This document shows, piece by piece, positions 45,261 to 53,764 of a DNA stretch of 53,764 nucleotides. The stretch covers positions 1 through 53,764 of the forward strand of contig MRSU01004923.1 of assembly GCA_008369845.1 (NCBI GenBank), read 5' to 3'. This DNA comes from Trichomonas gallinae. Taxonomy: Eukaryota. Position 1 is the stretch's first letter; each line of letters begins with the position of its first letter. A program made the position numbers and the translations under genes. The notes below the pieces were generated by a model. That model was not told the DNA's origin. It worked only from the letters and a program-made list of their open reading frames with translations, and ran no database searches.

Positions 45261-45299
45261 TCAATTGAAAACATAGCTCAATTGAAAACATAGCTCAAT
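45261..45299 (+). repeat. 17-bp tandem duplication (TCAATTGAAAACATAGC x2.3)
   Basis: Exact adjacent copies. Confidence 0.9.
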
Positions 45300-45665
45300 C
45301 TATTCAGGTAAAACCAAAAATAATTTTCATTTTTAGTGTTTTTTTTTCTCTTCATATTCACGTTTATGGACATGATATGCTCCAAATTCATGCTTAAATC
45401 TTTATTGAATGTCTTTTTATACACAAATATACAGTGTAATACGTACTATAACGTAATAATGCATGCATCACATCCTGCCATTATTATAAAAAGTTAATTA
45501 ATTCAACACTTCTACAGCTTTGATTTATGCTTCAAACAAAAGTCATAATGATGGAATCAAACCCTTTCTCCCAGTTTATGCAATAGATATAAGCTCAAAA
45601 ATAATAAATGTGTGAATCCATAGTATTACATAAGAAACAGTGAAATCACATAAAAATTTTGATAA

Positions 45666-45697
45666 ATTTGACAAATAAAATCATTTATTTGTCAAAT
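45666..45697. repeat. Perfect 14-bp inverted repeat with 4-nt spacer immediately upstream of the GH99-like ATG
   Basis: ATTTGACAAATAAA-ATCA-TTTATTTGTCAAAT. Confidence 0.95.
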
Positions 45698-45703
45698 ATA
45701 AAA

Positions 45704-46849
45704 ATGAAGTTGAAAATTTCTGCGCCAACGATTTTGATTTGCATTTCTGCTGTTTTTTCTGTTATATCGCTCGTTTTGTATACTAAAAAGCCAGCAGAGC
45801 AAGTTATTTCCGCTTCCAAGCAAAATCTTTGGGTTGTTTACAATCCATATTTTGGAAATCCAGCAATCGATGGAAAATACATAGGATGGAGATACTTAAG
45901 GAACAATTTCCCAGAAGAATGGATGGAGCCGCCATTGAATCCCGCAATACATCTCTTCCCGCAGAGAGGATTATATTCAACTCACGATAAATCAATTTTA
46001 GAAGATCAGTTCAAAGAATTATCGGAAATGGGTGTTAGTGGAGTTATTGTTCAGTGGATTGGATTCAATAAAACCACTGAAGTCAATAATGAAGATGTAA
46101 ACTTCGTCCCAAAGACGATTGAACTTATGCTTGATGTAGCCGGAAGATATAACATTGGAATCAGTGTTCTCTTACAGAGCTATGAATATCGCAGAAATAC
46201 ATCAGTATCTGATTCGCTTAATTACATTCTTTCAAACTTTTCTTCTCATCATTCATATCTAAAATACGAAGGAAAACCAGTTATTTTCATCTACGATCCA
46301 CATGATCTTGAAGATCTTTTTTGGTCAATTATCAAAACACGCGAAACATATAATCCGTTCTATGTTGGAACATTCTCTAAGAAGAGTCAGATCGCAGAGT
46401 CAGTTGAAACAGATATGGATGCGCTTTTCACATGGTTTGCAGCAAATCGCTCAGAATCATCTGAATACTACAAATGGAAGCAAATGCACAGAGAAATCGA
46501 AGAACACGGGATCAAATTTATACCTGGCGTATGCCCAGGATTCGATGAAGCTCATATGAACGTTGGATTTGGTAATATGAGAGCTTCATCAACGAGACAA
46601 GGAGGCGATTCCTACAAACGAATGTGGGAAGCAGCTATTAGAAATAATGACGGAATTATTATCATCAATTCTTATAACGGCTTCGGCGATGCTTCAAACA
46701 TCGAGCCGGCAATTTCAACGGCACAGAAGAAGTATACTGATTCATTATGGACATCTGAATCAGGAAAGCCAAATGATTTTATTGAAATTACAAAACAAAT
46801 GATGAAAAACTGGAGAATTGCTCTTGAAAAACGCAAGAAGTTCCAATAA
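45704..46849 (+). CDS. GH99 endo-alpha-mannosidase-like type II membrane protein, catalytic motif altered
   Basis: N-terminal TM; YNPYFGNP.IDGKY..W, FPQRGLYSTHD, GKPVIFIYD, FIPGVCPGFD, INSYNGFGDASNIEPA. Confidence 0.88.
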   Translation: MKLKISAPTILICISAVFSVISLVLYTKKPAEQVISASKQNLWVVYNPYFGNPAIDGKYIGWRYLRNNFPEEWMEPPLNPAIHLFPQRGLYSTHDKSILEDQFKELSEMGVSGVIVQWIGFNKTTEVNNEDVNFVPKTIELMLDVAGRYNIGISVLLQSYEYRRNTSVSDSLNYILSNFSSHHSYLKYEGKPVIFIYDPHDLEDLFWSIIKTRETYNPFYVGTFSKKSQIAESVETDMDALFTWFAANRSESSEYYKWKQMHREIEEHGIKFIPGVCPGFDEAHMNVGFGNMRASSTRQGGDSYKRMWEAAIRNNDGIIIINSYNGFGDASNIEPAISTAQKKYTDSLWTSESGKPNDFIEITKQMMKNWRIALEKRKKFQ

Positions 46850-46908
46850 GCAATATTTGATGTGTTGAATATGTTTGTGTTTATTTAAAATATATATTAT
46901 CTATATAT

Positions 46909-47330
46909 TTATATTATTATGTTAAAACAAAATCGATTATTTCCAGAAACTGTGAGGAGGAGTTTGACAAATTCATGATGATCATTTTTTGAAGATAAAA
47001 TCAATGGTGTTTTATTTCTATTGTCTTTGACATTTAGATCTATTCCTGGAACTATGAAAAGCATTTTGACAAATTTATGATGTCTTTCTCTAGCAGCCCA
47101 AATCAAAATGCTGAGTTTGTTTATAGAGTTAATGTCAGTTTCGATTGAAAGACGAAATAAGTTGTATATATTCTAATACGCTATAATTTATGATGATGAA
47201 TGGACTATATTTACTATTTCCTGTCACGGATACAAATTTCTCTATGATGGAAGAACAGCTTTGATTAGGCATCAGAAAATGGTCAACTTGAAGTCGTCAA
47301 ACTGCTTCTCTGATTTCCTGGAATGGATGG
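46909..47330. pseudogene. Ankyrin-repeat gene fragments in opposite orientations
   Basis: Minus strand LIWAARERHHKFVKMLFIVPGIDLNVKDNRNKTPLIL (46909-47106); plus strand DGRTALI/ASENGQLEVVKLLL*FPGMD with frameshift and stop (~47246-47328). Confidence 0.8.
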
Positions 47331-47548
47331 CAGCTCAAAATACAATGAATACACTTATGATTATATTATTCTTATCTCATATGAATAAAATATCTGATTA
47401 TGTTCCATGATTTTGGAAAAAAATTCATAATTCTTTACATGACAAAATAACTTTACATGTCAGATTATTAATATCACCGTTGAATTACTGTTTTAAAGAA
47501 GCTCATTCATTACACATCCTTGTTTCAGTTCGAAATGAATTCATTTTG

Positions 47549-49463
47549 ATGTTCGGAGTCATCTTGATTCCATTTCAGTTGTGGTTTGGACTGGAACTAG
47601 CATCATTTTTGCTTCCTAATAACAATAACATATATATGAATCTAGTTTTAGCTGGCCCTTTAGGTTTTTTAGTTTCCGCAATTTCCTTCTTCATTTTATC
47701 AATAATTCTCGGACTAAATCTATTCCATTTGTTATTGCATACAGCTGCATTAAGTGGATGTTCAATTATTTTAATGCAAAAACGCAAAATCAACTTTATC
47801 AAAATAATAATCAAGAAAAAATACGAATTGCTGCTGAAAATCATTCCAATTCTTTTAATTTCGACATTTATCGTCTGTATTTCTTATCATCCATATAAGA
47901 ACACTATCAATCACGTACGTATTTTAAATGTTGTCTATTTAGACAACATTTTTAAGAATTACTAACCCACAGTTTGTATCAAGAGGTATGATCATTGATA
48001 TATCGTTAATAAATTCATTTGTTTACGGTATAAATAAAAAACCGAATATTTTCAATGTTAAATCTCCGGTTTGCGCTGAATGTCATCAAAAATCAAACTG
48101 GTTGGCGTCATTTTACTCGTCAATGCTTGTCATTGGTGGACTTTCAGTTAAATTGTCATTTTGCATCCCGAGCATTATAGTAATTTCAGAATCGATTTTA
48201 GCTGTATACACTCTTGCAGAGAAATTCACGAATTCTATTGTTTTATCAGTCATATCTGCCTTTCTTTTCTTTAATGCGAGCGGTGTTGGCTGGTTCTCAT
48301 GGTTCTGGTTGCAATCAAGGCTAACCGCACACGCGGACTACGTGTTCTACCACTCAACCAATGGACACTCATCATGGATGCATCCTATATTGCATTATTT
48401 GATGGAAAACAGGGCCTCACAGTTTGTTGTTGCAATTTCAGCAGCTTTAATCTACATTCTTGACGTGAAATACACTAGAAATACTATGATTCTCTATGGA
48501 GTATTGATTGGATTACTTCCTGTGCTACAGTATCAAGCTTTCCTTTCGATTTCATTATTTTTGATTTTGTATTTCATTATTAGCTTAATTCCTAACTTCC
48601 AAGTCAACATATTTAACATGGCATGGCTCTTAAATACGTTTATTGTAGTTGGATTTGTTCCTTTGCTCAATTTGAGAACAATGGAAAATGATTTCAAAAA
48701 TATTCGCTTCGAAAAGACATGGAATGACTATATAAATGAAGGATACTTTTATCCATTCATTGCCCAATGGGGTTTGAATCTCGGAATATTCTGGGTCATT
48801 GCAAACATTTTCGTTTGGATTATCGCGACGAAAAGTGAACTAAATCTATTGATACCTTCATCAATTGTTTGGCTCGTTGGCAACTTTATAAAGTTCACTG
48901 ATCATCCCGTCCATAACACACCTTATTTCATGGCAACTTGGGTTTTGCTGTCGTCAATTTTCATCATTAAACTTTTCGACAGGATGCTTTCGAAAATTAA
49001 AAACGAAGAAACTCGTGGAATAGTTTTAGCCTTTTGCATGATATTGGTTATATCAATGACATGGTCATCTATACTTGGAGTCATTAAAAGCACCAGAAAT
49101 GACTTGGAATTATTCAACGAAAACATGAAACAAGTTTCCGATTATTTGATCAAAAACGCAAATCCAAGTGAAGTAATTTTAGCTCCACCACCAGATCAGA
49201 ACCCAATGCTTGTGTATTGTGGGTACCAGTCCCTCAGGATGAACGACATGTTCATGTACTTGACTGGATATAAGTGGAAGGTTCACCAAGAAGAGGCAAA
49301 TTATTTGTACGCGAATCCACTTTCTGATGTTTTGGAAAATGTCAAATATTCTCTCGAGCACAAGAGATACAACTGGGGACATCTGAACAAATCACAGGAT
49401 ATAAGCCAAAGATGGACTGTTGCCATGGAAAATGATTTATATATCTTATACAAACGGAAATAA
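47549..49463 (+). CDS. Two-exon multi-pass membrane protein, join(47549..47914,47973..49463), 618 aa; GT-C-like topology
   Basis: Removing 47915-47972 fuses ...KNTINH|FVSRGMIID... in frame; Inr TCATT at 47541; many TM segments plus a soluble C-terminal domain. Confidence 0.85.
47915..47972 (+). other. 58-nt spliceosomal intron (phase 0)
   Basis: 5' GTACGT; 3' ACTAACCCACAG, one mismatch to the trichomonad ACTAACACACAG; restores the reading frame. Confidence 0.9.
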
Positions 49464-50808
49464 TTCAAATTTTATAATAAATGTGTTTGTTTACCAAATC
49501 ATATTTTTTATTAGACTGAGAACACTTTAAAGAAGAATTACTTCAGGTTAATTTATCTCTAATTAGATTTAATATTAAATTGTTGTTAAAAATCTGCGTG
49601 AACCAAATTCTCCAATCCAATAGGCTTAGTAAAAGATAATTAATGTTAGAAAATACTTGTATTTCGGTAGCAAGTTGTCAATCTTTGAAATATGGATTTA
49701 ATGGATAAATTCCGTTAGATAAATTATATAAATACAAAATTACAGATTATTTCAATAAAATAAAGCGTAAATATGACATCGCCAGAAAAAATCAAGCAAT
49801 TTTCGCGTAAATTTTAAATATCATATTCTTATATGTCTACAAACCATTTCCCATGAATTTTTTTTGATGTCAAGAACAACATTGATAAAACTCAATTTTT
49901 AGGCATAATTAAAGAGAATGTTATTGAATTGACGGTATATTGGACATATATTAGTGCTACATAAGGCCATAGATAGGTCAGATTGACTGTAATAGCTGTC
50001 AGAATGTAATATAATTTTAATGGCTAAGAAATCTGTAAAACATAAAGAGCTTTTTGGAAAGCAAAACAGTTACGAGCAAGGATTCTAGTGTGAAAGTGTA
50101 ATTGGCAAATATATAATTATGCAAAATCTCATTTAAATTCATTTCTGATGTTTACATAAGCCAAAACCCACATTGAAAATTTTTGTAAATAATTAAGAAT
50201 TTCTAAGAACCATACAAAATTATACACAATGAACAAGCTTTTAAGCTGAAATGATTTTGAATAAATATAAATCATTTTTTTTTTGATAGAAAATAACGGT
50301 TTTTCTTTCATAAAAACTATATCAAAATACAATATTTACTTCATATAATATGATGCTTAAAATATAAAAAATGACAAATTTGCTAAAATCGTTTGCATAT
50401 TATATAGTAGCTGCCATAGATAAGTTTAAAAAATGATAAATAAGGGGTATCAAACCAAAATTAGGGGTAAAAATAATCATAACCTTATTTACAGAAATTA
50501 TCAAAAAGGTGACTATCAGATCTGTAATTCAAAAGTAAACCTCAGAAACGATATATTTATAGGCGGCATATGTTTGTTTTAGCTTTAAAAAGCTGTTTTC
50601 GCAGTTTATAATTGCTGTCTCAAAACTTTTTTGATTAAAAATATGTTTATTTTTGCTATAAATAAGTGTTTTATCAGATCAAAAGAATTGTCTCAAAACG
50701 TATCTCTTTGAATTTTGAGAATGGATTGAATCTGTTCGGTATGCTTATAATGGTCCCATCAATATGATTTTATCTTCACAAAATTTGAAAGAAGGGTTTT
50801 TCACTCAG

Positions 50809-51351
50809 ATGGAGGATCAAATTTATGATTCAACTCCAAAGTCCTCTGTGATAGAGGAGATCAATACGTCACGGAAAAGATTCACCCTTGAGGAGGACAG
50901 ACAATTGAAATCACTCGTGGACAAAATTGGAGTAAAATTATGGGATGAGATAGCATTGCACATGCCAAACAGGACAGCACGCCAATGCCGCGACAGGTAC
51001 TACAACTATTTATTCAAGGAAATCACTCATCAGCCATGGACACCTGAGGAGGACCGTTTAATTCTTGAAAAATACAAAGAATTTGGTCCCCACTGGGTCA
51101 AAATCGCCAAGTTCCTCAACGGAAGGAGTGGAAACAACATCAAGAACCGTTGGCATAAGTACCTTAACAAAAAGATGCTCGGAAGGCCTCCGGAGCCAAA
51201 ACCTGTCGCAAAACCTAAACCAGTTGCTCAACCACAGCCAGAAGTTGCTAAGGAAACCGTCTGGCATTCCAACGAAGCTGATCTTTTCACTAGCTTTTGG
51301 CAAGACGAAAAGTCAATCTTCATGGATGATCAATTAGATTTCCATATCTAA
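50809..51351 (+). CDS. R2R3 Myb-like DNA-binding protein
   Basis: RKRFTLEED, WDEIA..MPNRTARQCRDRY, PWTPEED, GPHW..IA...GRSGNNIKNRW; Inr TCACT at 50801. Confidence 0.96.
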   Translation: MEDQIYDSTPKSSVIEEINTSRKRFTLEEDRQLKSLVDKIGVKLWDEIALHMPNRTARQCRDRYYNYLFKEITHQPWTPEEDRLILEKYKEFGPHWVKIAKFLNGRSGNNIKNRWHKYLNKKMLGRPPEPKPVAKPKPVAQPQPEVAKETVWHSNEADLFTSFWQDEKSIFMDDQLDFHI

Positions 51352-51865
51352 TATTTTCATCTTCTTTATAGATATTTCTATTATTAATAAACAACCCTTT
51401 CATGCGCTCGCGTAAAAAAATCTCCATTGATAAAACTGACATGTAAATGTCAGAAATACGAATACAATCAAATAGACAACCCTACACATCACAAACATTA
51501 CGATTTTGGTCATTATTACTATTTTTCTACATAAAATCCTCCCTATCTTGTGAAATTTATATTGAAAATAGATTTAAAATCAATATAGACCATTTCAGAC
51601 ATCACAAATATGGCAATTTATAATGTTATTCATAGTAAGATCTCTCTATAATGTAAATAAAATTTTTGAATTTGATTATGTAGATCAGCTTAAACAACAT
51701 GAATCATATTAAACATGCATGTTGATAATGGTTCTCTGGATTAATTCTCTATATCTTTGAAAATATATATTTCAATAAAAATGCATACGGATAATGTGAT
51801 TTATGATAAGTCAGATAACTAGTAAGATAAATTTCAAAAATGAAATTAAACAAAAAAACTTACAT

Positions 51866-53383
51866 TTATTCTCGGATTAACAATGCAACAAGTTGAGATT
51901 CAATTGTTAAAGGATCAATATCGAAAAGCTTGACATCCATAATTTTCATATCAGGAAAATTCCTGAATATGTCGTAACGGAGAGTGCTTGGGCTCTTGGT
52001 GATGTAGATGAGTTTCCGTAATTTATGAGTTGCACTAGCATTCTTCAATATTTCTGTATGAGGACCGATTTGAGATGTATCAAGAATTCCGACGAGGTTC
52101 TCAGCGCTTGTAACGTTATTTGCAATATCTCCGAGAGTTGATTGGCCGCCAAGAACAAAATATGCATTTTTAATTGCGTTATCTTCAGCATTATGTGTAG
52201 ATGTAGCAACATTAGAATCATTTGAATCAATTCCGATTGCTCTTTTGACATATTTTGCAAGATTCAAAATATTTACACCAGTTCCACAGCAAAGATCGAC
52301 AAGAACTGTGTTTTCGTTAAGCGATGCCATAGTTTTAACAGTCTCTATGACTTTATCGAAAATGTAGAAGTTTGTCGGCATAACAGTGAATGGATAAACT
52401 GGAAAAGTTAATCCACCGACTTTTTCTGTAATAAACTGCGCACCTGAAATTGTGTGATGAGGGCTGCTGTATGATGCCTGATTATCATCGCATTTGAGCC
52501 AATAAATTGAATTTGCGTGTGGACTTAAGGTTGCCTTTAATTTGTCAACTTCATCAAGTGGTAGACCACCATTTGTTGCAATAGTAATTAAAACACCGGC
52601 TGTTGAAGAAACTCTTATCGATAATTTCATCCACTTTCCTGTCCTGAGATCGACATCGTAAGGAGGGAAAATGGATTTCGATATATAATCGCGGAAAATA
52701 CGTGCAATGTTTATAACTTGCTTAGGAACTTTAAATGATTCATCAATTTGTGTTATAGTGCAATTGACGCGTGAGGAACTGTTAAAACCGACGCAAATAT
52801 TTCCATCCAAGTCATATCCAGCGAGAAGATCAACGCGAGAATGACCGCTGATATCAATTGGAGATTCGACGATTTCGAAAGGATTTGTATAAACTTCCTT
52901 GAGGAAACTTTCTGTCTCTGTCTTCTTCCTTTCCAAGCGCTCTGCAGCTGGCTTGTTCAGGAATAAATATTTTCTTTCGATAACTGTTTGTGTTTTTAGT
53001 GAAGAACCTTTCATGATTTCGGATTGTGTAGCAAATGGAACAGGCGGGGGATCGTATTCAACGTATGGTTTGACTTGAAATGTATTATTCGAGATTTTAC
53101 AATCGTGTAGGAATGAGTAAGCAGTAATGCGGTCGTTATTATCAGCGAAATTAAGTATGGCGTAATTCTGTCCGCGTATTTTTTGCACTTTCTGGAACTG
53201 AATATTGTATCTTTGCAAAAATTTAGCAAAGCGAGCTTCTGACCATGATTCGCATACACCTATGACTAGAAGAGCGCATGGTTCTCCTTTCGGAGGACGT
53301 TTAAGCGTTTCTAGAGCAGGCGTGACTTGGAAAGGTGATGAATAAGATAATCCCATAAAAATTTTGGATAAAACAGGATCCAT
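51866..53383 (-). CDS. TRMT2A/Trm2-like (RRM + TrmA fold) protein with degenerate catalytic motifs
   Basis: N-terminal RRM (YAILNF), PPYD...GKW..LSIR, SAM motif VDLCCGTG; C-terminal motifs altered. Confidence 0.85.
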   Translation of the reverse strand: MDPVLSKIFMGLSYSSPFQVTPALETLKRPPKGEPCALLVIGVCESWSEARFAKFLQRYNIQFQKVQKIRGQNYAILNFADNNDRITAYSFLHDCKISNNTFQVKPYVEYDPPPVPFATQSEIMKGSSLKTQTVIERKYLFLNKPAAERLERKKTETESFLKEVYTNPFEIVESPIDISGHSRVDLLAGYDLDGNICVGFNSSSRVNCTITQIDESFKVPKQVINIARIFRDYISKSIFPPYDVDLRTGKWMKLSIRVSSTAGVLITIATNGGLPLDEVDKLKATLSPHANSIYWLKCDDNQASYSSPHHTISGAQFITEKVGGLTFPVYPFTVMPTNFYIFDKVIETVKTMASLNENTVLVDLCCGTGVNILNLAKYVKRAIGIDSNDSNVATSTHNAEDNAIKNAYFVLGGQSTLGDIANNVTSAENLVGILDTSQIGPHTEILKNASATHKLRKLIYITKSPSTLRYDIFRNFPDMKIMDVKLFDIDPLTIESQLVALLIRE

Positions 53384-53764
53384 TTTGTCGTAGACCCTAA
53401 ATTAAATTAAACAGGGGGACTTTAGTGTTAGACCCTAATTTGTTAATTTAGGGGTTGTTTTATTATGCCCCTATATATTTCTCTTTTTGTTCCAGAATTA
53501 TTTTAACTTCATATACTTAAGTACAATGATGTATGCTAGAATTTATATAAAGTCTATATACATTGGTGCTTGATAGTTTCTCATATCTGTTCTAATCAAT
53601 CATTTTTTTTTGTATTAATATATGAACAAAGCTATCATCAATTGCTTATAGCAGAAATAAGAAACTACCGAAACTGATATTCTTGAAAAGAGGGGGAACT
53701 CCACTTTTTGGGAAAATTTTAAAAGTGACATGATAAAAACGCCTCCTGCAGCTCCATCTAACGT

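Noticed and set aside
1..53764. Maverick, mariner or other transposon; tRNA or rRNA genes
   Set aside because: No transposase, integrase or polymerase ORFs, long terminal inverted repeats, or tRNA/rRNA signatures were recognised

Overview
AT-rich, gene-dense, almost intron-free eukaryotic genomic DNA, most consistent with a trichomonad parabasalid (Trichomonas vaginalis-like). The assignment rests on a BspA-type LRR relic, TCA(C/T)T initiator elements just before ATGs, a fused branch-point/3' splice-site intron, and Myb, CAMK and BEACH family genes. About 22 protein genes are supported: two related ARM-like proteins, a sirtuin, an ALG5-like protein, an RBBP9/YdeN hydrolase, a CAMK kinase, a BEACH protein, a USP-like protein, an SLC35-type transporter, DLEC1-like, Nup93/Nic96, cathepsin B-like, PPIL3-like cyclophilin, BBS8, CCT8, GH99-like, a GT-C-like membrane protein, Myb, TRMT2A-like and hypotheticals. 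BspA and ankyrin pseudogene relics are also present. Most notable observations: (1) a ~135-nt intergenic element (43099-43232) that folds on the minus strand into a UUCG hairpin plus five interlocked helices with pseudoknots and matches no RNA family I recognise; (2) a 58-nt spliceosomal intron with an internal perfect hairpin that joins two ORFs in frame; (3) a dispersed intergenic motif TTTG(A/T/C)CA(T/C)GTAAA that also forms a six-unit ~105-bp tandem array; (4) several enzyme homologues with lost catalytic residues. All calls are by eye, with no database searches.
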